Of a stretch of DNA of 64,000 nucleotides, positions 21,942 through 30,664 are shown one piece after another. The notes below the pieces were generated by a model. It saw only the letters and a program-made list of their open reading frames with translations. It did not search any database and was not told where the DNA came from. Numbering within the stretch: position 1 is the stretch's first letter; every line of letters begins with the position of its first letter. Both the position numbers and the translations under genes were made by a program. The stretch lies in the sequence record SRR20825019_638; one strand, given 5' to 3'.

Positions 21942-22424
21942 CTAGTTTAGGCTTTCTATATAATTTTTGATTCCTTTTTCATCCAATTGAACCACATCCC
22001 AATCTCTAAGCACATTGGCTCCCTTTTTCTCATAAAAGGCAATGGCGGGTTCGTTCCAGTCCAACACCTCCCAACAAATGCGTTTTACCCCTAATCTGGC
22101 ACCATACTTCACTACTTCATCCAACAAGGCGGTCCCCAATCCACTCCCTCGCACCTTTTCAGATACGATCAGGTCTTCCAAATGAATAGCCGGACCCTTC
22201 CACGTAGAGTATCTTGGGTACACCAAAGCTATGCCGGCGATTCCATTTTGTGTATCTGCCACAAAACAATGGAACAACTTGTGATCACCGAAACCATGTT
22301 CCACTAAATCCCGCTCAGTGACTTCCACAGCATCAGATTCCTTTTCAAAATCAGCCAATTCTTGGATCAAGTTCAAAACCTGTTCCATATCCGTTGGTCG
22401 CGCTTCTCTAATTGTATATTCCAT
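21942..22424 (-). CDS. GNAT acetyltransferase (diamine/SSAT-like)
   Basis: ELADFEK, YSTWKG, LEDL, RGSGLG, VLDWNEPAIAFY. Confidence 0.9.
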   Translation of the reverse strand: MEYTIREARPTDMEQVLNLIQELADFEKESDAVEVTERDLVEHGFGDHKLFHCFVADTQNGIAGIALVYPRYSTWKGPAIHLEDLIVSEKVRGSGLGTALLDEVVKYGARLGVKRICWEVLDWNEPAIAFYEKKGANVLRDWDVVQLDEKGIKNYIESLN

Positions 22425-22535
22425 AATTGTTACAAATAAAACTCAAAGTTATAAAATTACACAATTAAAGCTCTTCGAAAACGTTGTAGTTTCACAAAAT
22501 GCCCGATATTTGTCCATAAATAAAACAGTACTTCC

Positions 22536-23543
22536 ATGTTTGAGAAGCAGCATCGCACACTCGGTGAATTTATTATCGCAAATCAAAATTCTTTTCAATA
22601 CACTTCCGGGGAACTATCGAGATTACTGAACGGCATTCGACTGGCGGCAAAAGTAGTGAACCATGAGGTGAACAAAGCCGGGCTCGTCGATATCATTGGA
22701 GCTGCAGGTGAGACTAACATTCAAGGTGAAAACCAACAAAAATTGGATGTTCTTGCAAACGAAAAGTTTATTCAAACCTTGAAGAACCGTGAAATTGTTT
22801 GTGGTATTGCTTCGGAAGAAGAGGATGATTTTATCAGCATCAATAGTTTTGACAAACAGCACCAGAACAAGTATGTGGTTTTGATAGACCCTTTGGACGG
22901 TTCTTCCAACATTGACGTGAACGTATCCGTAGGAACTATTTTTTCCATCTATAGAAGAATTACACCTGTTGGAACCCCCGTTACTTTGGAAGATTTCCTT
23001 CAACCTGGCAAAAACCAGATTGCTGCTGGTTACATCATTTATGGTACATCCACCATGCTCGTCTATACCACTGGCGATGGCGTGAACGGATTTACCCTGA
23101 ATCCAGCTTTGGGCACCTTTTATCTGTCCCACCCCAATATGCAATTTCCGGAAAAAGGTCAAATTTATTCCGTGAACGAAGGGAACTATATCCACTTTCC
23201 ACAAGGAGTAAAAGATTACATTAAATATTGCCAAATGGAGGAAGGTGACCGACCCTATACTTCAAGATACATTGGGTCGTTGGTTTCTGACTTTCACCGA
23301 AACATGATCAAAGGTGGAATTTACATGTACCCCAAAAGCAGCAAGGCCCAAAATGGTAAGCTACGTTTATTGTATGAGTGCAACCCCATGGCTTTTTTGG
23401 CCGAACAGGCCAACGGAAAGGCCAGCGATGGTTATCAACGCATCATGGATATACAGCCCACCGAACTCCATGAACGTGTTCCCTTTTTCTGCGGAAGCAA
23501 AAAAATGGTGGAAAAGGCGGAGGAGTTTATGGCAAAGTCCTAG
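22536..23543 (+). CDS. fbp: class 1 fructose-1,6-bisphosphatase
   Basis: [40 protein letters not shown]. Confidence 0.97.
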   Translation: MFEKQHRTLGEFIIANQNSFQYTSGELSRLLNGIRLAAKVVNHEVNKAGLVDIIGAAGETNIQGENQQKLDVLANEKFIQTLKNREIVCGIASEEEDDFISINSFDKQHQNKYVVLIDPLDGSSNIDVNVSVGTIFSIYRRITPVGTPVTLEDFLQPGKNQIAAGYIIYGTSTMLVYTTGDGVNGFTLNPALGTFYLSHPNMQFPEKGQIYSVNEGNYIHFPQGVKDYIKYCQMEEGDRPYTSRYIGSLVSDFHRNMIKGGIYMYPKSSKAQNGKLRLLYECNPMAFLAEQANGKASDGYQRIMDIQPTELHERVPFFCGSKKMVEKAEEFMAKS

Positions 23544-23968
23544 CTCCTGCGCTGCATCAATTCGTGGTAATCCTCGAAAGGGATTCTTCCAGTAAATATT
23601 TTGATGGATTTGTCGACGATTTCTGAAGCTGATTTTGGTGAAAAGCCAAGGCCTACAGCATACTTTTCTACAATTCTGCGCTCCTCGTCATCGATATCAT
23701 GATCGGAGAAGATAATCTGAAAAAATTCGAATAGCCTCATATACCTTTGCTCACCGCTGTGAGGTGTCTCAATAGGATATTTGTTCTCTTTTTTCATCAC
23801 CTCTTTGAATTCTTCCTCGGTAATGTCGAGCTTAAAGGCAAACTTTTCCAAAATGGCTTTTTCTTTTGGATTGATTTCCCCGTCTACCGCAGCCAAACTC
23901 GCCAAAGTGGCAAAATGAGCCAAATTCTTTCTATGGTCTCCGTGCTCGTAAAGATCTAAAATCGGCAT
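23540..23968 (-). CDS. TerB family protein
   Basis: [12 protein letters not shown] and SDHDIDDEE metal-binding repeats. Confidence 0.85.
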   Translation of the reverse strand: MPILDLYEHGDHRKNLAHFATLASLAAVDGEINPKEKAILEKFAFKLDITEEEFKEVMKKENKYPIETPHSGEQRYMRLFEFFQIIFSDHDIDDEERRIVEKYAVGLGFSPKSASEIVDKSIKIFTGRIPFEDYHELMQRRS

Positions 23969-24058
23969 ATTTCAAATTTTGTGGCACAAATATAAATGTT
24001 TAATAGAGATAAAAATATTAAAAAGGGCACCAAAAGAAATTTGTAATTTACGACTGCT

Positions 24059-25087
24059 ATGAAAACACCTTTGCTCGAATTTACCTCCAAAGGAATCTAT
24101 TGTAAAAAAGCAGATGTTTATTTGGACCCCTGGAAACCCGTGGACAAGGCCATTATTTCACACGGCCATGCCGATCACAGTAGATGGGGCCATAACAAGT
24201 ACATTACCCACCATAAGAATGTTCCTATCGTGAAGCATCGTTTGGGCGATATTTCCATTTCAGGAAAAGACTGGGGCGAAACATTCACGGTCAACAACGT
24301 GAAGTTCAGTTTCCATCCCGCCGGGCACATTGTGGGCTCCGCACAAATACGGGTAGAGCACAATGGCGAAGTATGGGTGTTCACCGGAGATTACAAAATT
24401 GAAGATGATGGGCTCACTACTCCATTTGAGCTTGTAAAATGTAACACCTTCATCACCGAATGCACCTTTGGGTTACCGGCATTTCGCTGGCGACCACAAA
24501 AAGAGGTGTTCAGTGACATCAACCAATGGTGGGCGCAAAACCAATCGGAAGGAAAAACCTCGGTGCTTTTTGGTTATTCCCTGGGCAAGGCACAACGTCT
24601 GATCAAACATTTGGACACTTCCATCGGAAAAATATACACGCACGGAGCCGTAGAAAACATGACCGAAGTGCTCCGACCCCTTACCGATTTACCGCCAACA
24701 CATCTGATTACAAAAGAAACCAAGAAAGACGAGCTTTTGGGCAATATTGTGGTTGCTCCGCCCAGTGCCCATGGAAGTCCCTGGATCAAAAAAATGGTCC
24801 CATATGTCACGGCGACCGCGAGCGGTTGGATGGCTTTTCGAGGCGCACGAAGACGGAGAGCGATTGATAAAGGTTTTGTACTAAGCGACCATTGCGATTG
24901 GAGGGGACTATTGCAGACAATCGAAGCCACCGGTGCTGAAAAAATAATCTGCACACACGGCTACACCGACATTTTCTCCAAATATTTGATGGAATTGGGC
25001 TACGATGCCCGAACCGAATCTACGCAATACGAAGGCGAACTGTCCGAAATCAATGCTAACGAACAAGAAAAATCGAAAGCGGAATGA
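24059..25087 (+). CDS. ligase-associated DNA damage response exonuclease (MBL/beta-CASP fold)
   Basis: SHGHADH, PAGHIVGSAQ, TGDYK, ITECTFGLP, LSDHCDW; first gene of the ligase/helicase/PdeM operon. Confidence 0.93.
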   Translation: MKTPLLEFTSKGIYCKKADVYLDPWKPVDKAIISHGHADHSRWGHNKYITHHKNVPIVKHRLGDISISGKDWGETFTVNNVKFSFHPAGHIVGSAQIRVEHNGEVWVFTGDYKIEDDGLTTPFELVKCNTFITECTFGLPAFRWRPQKEVFSDINQWWAQNQSEGKTSVLFGYSLGKAQRLIKHLDTSIGKIYTHGAVENMTEVLRPLTDLPPTHLITKETKKDELLGNIVVAPPSAHGSPWIKKMVPYVTATASGWMAFRGARRRRAIDKGFVLSDHCDWRGLLQTIEATGAEKIICTHGYTDIFSKYLMELGYDARTESTQYEGELSEINANEQEKSKAE

Positions 25088-26739
25088 AACAGTTTGCCAA
25101 GCTCATAAAAACATTGGACGGCACCAACAAAACCAGCGTAAAAGTGCAAGCACTGTCCCAATACTTTAAAGAAGCGAGCGACCAAGACAAGGTTTGGACC
25201 ATCGCCATACTGTCCCACAGAAGACCTCCGCGCCCCGTGAACACAACTTTGCTACGCACTTGGGCCGCTGAACTATCCCATATTCTAACTTGGCTTTTTG
25301 AGGAAAGCTATCATATTGTGGGAGATCTGGCGGAGACCATTGCCTTGGTGGTGCCCTCAACAGAAAAAGGCTCAAAAAAATCACTGACCTCCTTTTTACA
25401 GGAGATGATGGCCTTGAAACAAAAAACGGAAGCAGAAAAAAAGGAATACCTTTTTCAACACTGGACCATATTAGATTATTACGAGCGTTTTGTTTTCAAC
25501 AAACTGATTACGGGCAGCTTCAGAATCGGAGTGAGTCAAAAATTGATGACCCGTGCACTATCCAAAGCCACGGGTATTGAAGAGGACATTCTCGCTTATA
25601 AACTAATGGGCAATTGGGACCCGAACCGCATCAGTTTCCACGACTTGGTTTTGGAGGAGAAAGAGAGCGATTACCTCTCCAAACCATATCCCTTCTTTTT
25701 AGCATATGCCGTTGAGGACGACGTCACAGATTTGGGTGAGGTAACCCAATGGTCCGTAGAGCATAAATGGGACGGCATTCGGTCTCAAACCATTCTACGA
25801 AATGATGAAATCTTTGTTTGGAGTCGGGGTGAAGAACTCGTCACCGATAAATATCCAGAATTTGAAGCCTTTGTGGGCAGTATTCCAAATGGGACCGTGT
25901 TGGACGGGGAGTTGTTACCGTATCCCAAAGGGGAAATCGGCACTTTTAAAGACCTTCAGACCCGAATAGGCCGCAAGAACGTTTCAAAATCATTGTTGGA
26001 AAAAATTCCTGTCAAGTTGAAAGTCTATGATATTTTGGAATGGAAGGGGAAGGACATCAGGAATAAAACGTATCTGGAGCGAAGAAAAATTTTAGAATCT
26101 ATGATTTCGACTACGCTCAATAAACAGGTCACTGAGCGTAGTCGAAGTGACAAATTACCCTTACTCCTGTCCGAACGGATGCAATTCAATTCTTGGGAAG
26201 ACATGGCAAAAGAAAGGGAATTGTCCAGAGAAAAACACAGTGAGGGCCTGATGCTCAAACGCAATGACTCCACCTACCAAGTGGGACGAAAAAAAGGGGA
26301 TTGGTGGAAATGGAAGGTCGACCCGCTCACTATTGATGCCGTGCTCACCTACGCTATGCGGGGTCATGGTCGGCGAAGCAACCTCTTTACCGATTACACC
26401 TTTGCCCTCTGGTATGAAAATGAAGAAGGTGAAAAAGAACTGGTCACCTTTGCCAAGGCCTATTCCGGCTTAACGGACAAAGAGTTTCGACAAGTGGATG
26501 CATGGATCAAGAAAAACACGTTGGAGCGTTTTGGTCCCGTTCGGAGCGTGACCCCGCAGCACGTTTTTGAAATCGCTTTTGAAGGCATTGCTCCCTCCAA
26601 GCGTCATAAAAGTGGTGTTGCCACACGCTTTCCCAGAATTTTAAGATGGCGGAAGGACAAAAAAATCGATGAGGCCAATTCATTGGATGATTTAAAAGCA
26701 CTAATCCCGAGCAAAGCGAAGGAATCCCTCAACAAATAA
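25084..26739 (+). CDS. ATP-dependent DNA ligase (ligase-associated repair system) carrying repeat-derived peptides
   Basis: Motif I EHKWDGIR, LDGE, EGLMLK, WWKWK, RFPRI. Confidence 0.96.
   Translation: MKQFAKLIKTLDGTNKTSVKVQALSQYFKEASDQDKVWTIAILSHRRPPRPVNTTLLRTWAAELSHILTWLFEESYHIVGDLAETIALVVPSTEKGSKKSLTSFLQEMMALKQKTEAEKKEYLFQHWTILDYYERFVFNKLITGSFRIGVSQKLMTRALSKATGIEEDILAYKLMGNWDPNRISFHDLVLEEKESDYLSKPYPFFLAYAVEDDVTDLGEVTQWSVEHKWDGIRSQTILRNDEIFVWSRGEELVTDKYPEFEAFVGSIPNGTVLDGELLPYPKGEIGTFKDLQTRIGRKNVSKSLLEKIPVKLKVYDILEWKGKDIRNKTYLERRKILESMISTTLNKQVTERSRSDKLPLLLSERMQFNSWEDMAKERELSREKHSEGLMLKRNDSTYQVGRKKGDWWKWKVDPLTIDAVLTYAMRGHGRRSNLFTDYTFALWYENEEGEKELVTFAKAYSGLTDKEFRQVDAWIKKNTLERFGPVRSVTPQHVFEIAFEGIAPSKRHKSGVATRFPRILRWRKDKKIDEANSLDDLKALIPSKAKESLNK
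26104..26150. repeat. REP-like inverted pair in-frame inside the ligase gene
   Basis: Perfect 14-bp IR TTCGACTACGCTCA (26106-26119) / TGAGCGTAGTCGAA (26133-26146); encodes ISTTLNKQVTERSRSD. Confidence 0.9.
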
Positions 26740-27166
26740 ACCAGAAAAATTGAATTTGTAGCATAACCCCAGTAAATAGAAACCGAACAGATTATTTCAA
26801 ATGCTATTGTTTGAAATTTATGTGTTTAAAACACCATCAATGATGAAAGGGTATTGTTACATCTTAACGAATAAAAATAAAACCGTACTCTATATCGGGG
26901 CCACCAATGATTTACAAAGGCGTATAGGTGAGCACAAAAACGGCAAATATGCGTATTCGTTCACAAAAAGATATAATTGCCATAACTTGGTATATTTTGA
27001 AGAATTTGACACCATAAAAGAAGCCTTTGAAAGGGAAAAGCAATTAAAAGCTGGTAATCGGAAAAGGAAGGAAGATTTGATCAATGCAACAAATCCGGAT
27101 TGGAAGGATTTGTCTTTGGAATGGTAAACCCATCAATTTGACAGATTCCTTCGCTGCGCTCGGAAT
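26704..27166 (+). mobile_element. candidate REP-bounded GIY-YIG element
   Basis: Imperfect 23-bp terminal IRs ATCCCGAGCAAAGCGAAGGAATC (26704-26726) and GATTCCTTCGCTGCGCTCGGAAT (27144-27166) enclose a single nuclease gene within a conserved operon. Confidence 0.65.
26840..27127 (+). CDS. small stand-alone GIY-YIG nuclease (start 26840/26843, alternative 26801)
   Basis: GYCYIL...LYIG, DLQRR..EH, FTKRYN, EREKQLK, NPDWKDL; catalytic Tyr/Arg/His/Glu appear intact. Confidence 0.93.
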   Translation: MMKGYCYILTNKNKTVLYIGATNDLQRRIGEHKNGKYAYSFTKRYNCHNLVYFEEFDTIKEAFEREKQLKAGNRKRKEDLINATNPDWKDLSLEW

Positions 27167-29629
27167 ATGAACAGAAAAGAACTATTAGAAATAGCCGAAA
27201 ATTGGTTCCAAGAACAAAACTGGAAACCATTTTCTTTTCAAAAAGAGAGTTGGAATGCCTTTTTGGAGGGCAAACATGGCCTTTTGAACGCTCCCACTGG
27301 AAGCGGCAAAACCTATGCACTTTGGTTTCCGATCGTGCTCAACTACATCAAAAACAATTCTGATTACAAGACCAAGCACAAAAAAGGACTAAAAGCCATC
27401 TGGATTACGCCATTGCGAGCACTTTCCCAGGAAATCAAACAATCCGCAGAACGCATTACCCAAGATTTGGAAACCCAAATGACCGTGGGCATTCGAACTG
27501 GGGACACATCAGCAAAAGAACGGGCAAAAATGCGAACCCATATGCCCGACCTATTGATCACAACTCCTGAAAGCTTACAGTTATTGCTCTCATCCAAAGA
27601 CTATAAAAAAACATTCAAAAACTGCTCCGCCATTGTGGTGGACGAATGGCATGAACTTTTGGGCACCAAACGGGGTGTTCAAATGGAATTGGGAATCTCC
27701 CGATTAAAAACTATCTGCAAGGAATTACGCATTTGGGGCATATCGGCCACCATTGGAAATCTGGAGCAAGCTCGCGAAGTCCTGTTCGGGCCAACATCGC
27801 CAGAATTGGAAAATTCGGTCTTGGTCAAGGCCAACCTCAACAAAAAAATCACGGTGAAAAGTATTGTTCCAAAGGAAATGGAAACCTTTCCTTGGCGCGG
27901 GCACTTGGGATTACATCTTTTAGATCAGGTGGTGCCCATCATCAACAACAGTAAAACCACCTTGCTTTTTACCAATACCCGAAGCCAATGCGAAATCTGG
28001 TTTCAGAAAATCTTGGAAAAATACCCCGAGTTTGCTGGCGAAATGGCGATGCACCACGGCAGCATCAACAAAGAAACCCGATTGTGGGTGGAGCAGGCCA
28101 TCCGAAACCAAAGTCTAAAAGCCGTGGTCTGCACATCGAGCCTTGACCTGGGAGTTGATTTTGCGCCTGTGGAAACCGTGATCCAAAGTGGCGGTCCCAA
28201 AGGCGTAGCTCGTTTTTTACAACGTGCCGGACGTAGCGGGCACCGACCGGGCAAAGAAAGTGTCATCCATTTCTTGCCCACGCACGCCATCGAATTGGTT
28301 GAGGCTTCGGCCATGCAAAAAGCGGTATTGAACAGCGCCGTGGAAGACCGCATACCATACCTCAACAGCTTTGATGTCCTTATTCAGTATTTGACCACTT
28401 TGGCGGTTTCCGATGGGTTTTATCCGGATGAGATCTATCCTGAAATCAAACAAACGTTCTGTTATCAGACCTTGACCGAAGAACAATGGCAATGGCTGTT
28501 GAATTTTTTGGTGATGGGAAGTCAAAGTTTGAAGAGCTACGACGAGTATAAAAAGGTGGAGATTGAAGAAGATGGCAAATTCAAAGTGAACAGCAGGGCG
28601 GTTGCTATGCGACATCGGTTTCAAATCGGGACCATTGTGGGCGATGCCACCATCTCCGTTCGCTATCAAAAAGGAGGATACATTGGCAGTATCGAGGAAT
28701 ATTTTATTTCCAAATTGAGTCCCGGCGACGTTTTCACTTTTGCAGGACGTAATCTGGAATTTATTAGGATCAAAGGGATGGCCGCACACGTTCGAAATTC
28801 CAAAAAGAGAACCAACAAAGTGCCCAGCTGGATGGGAGGGCGTTTGAGTTTTTCCGCAAAGATGTCCGAACTGTTGCGGCAGGAATTGTACACCGCCGAA
28901 TTGGAGTTTTCGGAACAGTCGGAAGAAATACAAGCATTGCAGCCGATGTTTGCCAAGCAGCGGGAAGAAAGCATAGTGCCACAGCCGCATCAATTTTTGA
29001 TAGAAACCTTTAAGACCCGTGATGGCTACCACCATATGTTTTACCCTTTTGAAGGCAGGGCCATTCACGAAGGGATGAGCAGTCTCTTGGCCTATCGCAT
29101 CAGTTTGTTGATGCCGATAACCTGCTCCCTCGCTTTTAACGATTATGGGTTTGAGTTGCTATCGGACAGGGAAATCAACATTCAGGAAATTTTGGACAAC
29201 AACCTTTTTACGCCGGAGTATATGTTGTCCGACCTTCAAAAAAGTTTGAACTCCAATGAAATGGCACGAAGAAAGTTCCGTGATATTGCCGTCATCAGTG
29301 GAATGGTTTTTACGGGCTATCCCGAGAAAGGAGTCAAAATGAAGCATCTGCAAAGCAGTTCGGAATTGCTGTTTGATGTGTTCCGTGATTTTGAAGATGA
29401 TAATCTGCTCTATCAGCAAGCCTATAGCGAAACTTTTGAGCATCAATTGGAAGAAGGTCGACTACGATTGGCCTTGGAGCGAATTGCACAACAAGATATA
29501 GTTTGGAAACAATGCTCCCAACCTACGCCTCTCTCCTTCCCAATTATTACGGATAGGCTACGCGAAAAACTATCCAACGAAAAATTGGCGGACCGCATCC
29601 AACGGATGGTGAGTAAACTAACCAAATGA
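27167..29629 (+). CDS. ligase-associated DEXH-box helicase (Lhr-like)
   Basis: APTGSGKT, TPLRAL, TTPESL, DEWH, SAT, HHGS, SSLDLGVDF, QRAGRSGH. Confidence 0.95.
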   Translation: MNRKELLEIAENWFQEQNWKPFSFQKESWNAFLEGKHGLLNAPTGSGKTYALWFPIVLNYIKNNSDYKTKHKKGLKAIWITPLRALSQEIKQSAERITQDLETQMTVGIRTGDTSAKERAKMRTHMPDLLITTPESLQLLLSSKDYKKTFKNCSAIVVDEWHELLGTKRGVQMELGISRLKTICKELRIWGISATIGNLEQAREVLFGPTSPELENSVLVKANLNKKITVKSIVPKEMETFPWRGHLGLHLLDQVVPIINNSKTTLLFTNTRSQCEIWFQKILEKYPEFAGEMAMHHGSINKETRLWVEQAIRNQSLKAVVCTSSLDLGVDFAPVETVIQSGGPKGVARFLQRAGRSGHRPGKESVIHFLPTHAIELVEASAMQKAVLNSAVEDRIPYLNSFDVLIQYLTTLAVSDGFYPDEIYPEIKQTFCYQTLTEEQWQWLLNFLVMGSQSLKSYDEYKKVEIEEDGKFKVNSRAVAMRHRFQIGTIVGDATISVRYQKGGYIGSIEEYFISKLSPGDVFTFAGRNLEFIRIKGMAAHVRNSKKRTNKVPSWMGGRLSFSAKMSELLRQELYTAELEFSEQSEEIQALQPMFAKQREESIVPQPHQFLIETFKTRDGYHHMFYPFEGRAIHEGMSSLLAYRISLLMPITCSLAFNDYGFELLSDREINIQEILDNNLFTPEYMLSDLQKSLNSNEMARRKFRDIAVISGMVFTGYPEKGVKMKHLQSSSELLFDVFRDFEDDNLLYQQAYSETFEHQLEEGRLRLALERIAQQDIVWKQCSQPTPLSFPIITDRLREKLSNEKLADRIQRMVSKLTK

Positions 29630-29649
29630 CCAACAAACATCCAAGCACC

Positions 29650-29832
29650 TGTCATTACGTGCCCCGACACGGAATCTCTCTCATCCGAGTGATACTGGAA
29701 CAAGTTCAGCATAACGCGAGAAGGTGTCATTTCGAAATGAGGAGGGCAACGACGATTGAGAAATCCCATTCATTCCAAAACACATTGAAAAAAAAGATTT
29801 CTCACGCTCCCGCTGGTCGGTTCGAAATGACA
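29650..29832. repeat. cluster of four REP-like palindromes between helicase and pdeM
   Basis: Units at 29650-29677, 29691-29716, 29725-29766 and 29795-29832; the last two form a TGTCATTTCGAA...TTCGAAATGACA inverted pair. Confidence 0.88.
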
Positions 29833-29862
29833 ATTGAACTAAATTTGTAGTATCGAAGGCAA

Positions 29863-30495
29863 ATGAGACAAAATATTCAAATACATAATCAAGAGTTTCA
29901 ACTGCACCCTTTGGGTGGATTGTTTTGGGAGGAAAAATCACTCTTACTGATCAGTGATGTACACTTGGGCAAGGTATCCCATTTCAGAAAATTTGGAGCT
30001 GCGGTACCAAGAAAGGCCATTCACAAAAACTTTCTGCTTTTGGATAAACTCGTTTCGGATTTTCAGCCTTTTCAAATCTGCTTTTTGGGCGATCTGTTCC
30101 ATTCATCGCTCAACAAAGAATGGGAATTGTTTGAGAATTGGGTAGGCAAAACACCTTCCGAAATCCTTTTGGTGGCAGGCAACCACGACATTATTGCCCC
30201 CGAAAAGTTCAAACAACTTAAGATTTCAATATTTCCAGAGTTGGTTATTGACTCTTTTTTATTGACCCATCATCCCGAAGAACGTGAGGGCTATTTTACG
30301 TTTTGCGGCCATATTCATCCTTCCATTAAACTCAAAGGTTTTGGAAGGGAACACATCAAATTGCCCTGCTTTTTTAAATCCAACAATCAAATGATTCTCC
30401 CAGCTTTCGGTCAATTCACGGGCACCCATTCCCTTGACCCTAAAGATTCGGATGAAGTTTTTGCCATTGTTGAGGATAGTATTATTAAGGTTTAG
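29863..30495 (+). CDS. pdeM: ligase-associated DNA damage response endonuclease PdeM (metallophosphoesterase)
   Basis: SDVHLGK, LGDLFH, GNHD, HHP, GHIHP, LPAFGQFTG. Confidence 0.93.
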   Translation: MRQNIQIHNQEFQLHPLGGLFWEEKSLLLISDVHLGKVSHFRKFGAAVPRKAIHKNFLLLDKLVSDFQPFQICFLGDLFHSSLNKEWELFENWVGKTPSEILLVAGNHDIIAPEKFKQLKISIFPELVIDSFLLTHHPEEREGYFTFCGHIHPSIKLKGFGREHIKLPCFFKSNNQMILPAFGQFTGTHSLDPKDSDEVFAIVEDSIIKV

Positions 30496-30595
30496 ATTCT
30501 TCGCTCTCCTCAGAGTGACATAAGTAAAGACTGTTATTCCGTGCTTGACACGGAATCGTATCCGAGTGAGACGCTGAAACAAGTTCAGCGTGACG
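30494..30595. repeat. cluster of three REP-like palindromes between pdeM and mfd
   Basis: AGATTCTTCGCTCTCCTCAGAGTGACA (30494-30520, overlaps the pdeM stop), TGTTATTCCGTGCTTGACACGGAATC (30532-30557), GACGCTGAAACAAGTTCAGCGTGACG (30570-30595). Confidence 0.9.
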
Positions 30596-30639
30596 ATAAG
30601 AAACTCAAAAAAACATTTTTAGTACAAGTTTTCGCGGTT

Positions 30640-30647
30640 TATCTTTG
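30640..30647 (+). promoter_or_regulatory. -7 promoter element for mfd
   Basis: TATCTTTG matches TAnnTTTG 17 nt before the TTG start. Confidence 0.6.
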
Positions 30648-30664
30648 CCGCAAAGTTTTTTGGA

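Noticed and set aside
26704-27166. GIY-YIG gene as an intron- or intein-encoded homing endonuclease, or a classical IS
   Set aside because: It lies between genes, has no appended DNA-binding domain or room for a group I intron core, and has no DDE/HUH motifs or evident target-site duplication.
29626-29850. 74-aa ORF between helicase and pdeM (and the antisense ORFs 29443-29769, 29681-29941)
   Set aside because: It is almost entirely translated REP units (CHFEMRR.., RFEMT) and has no protein features.
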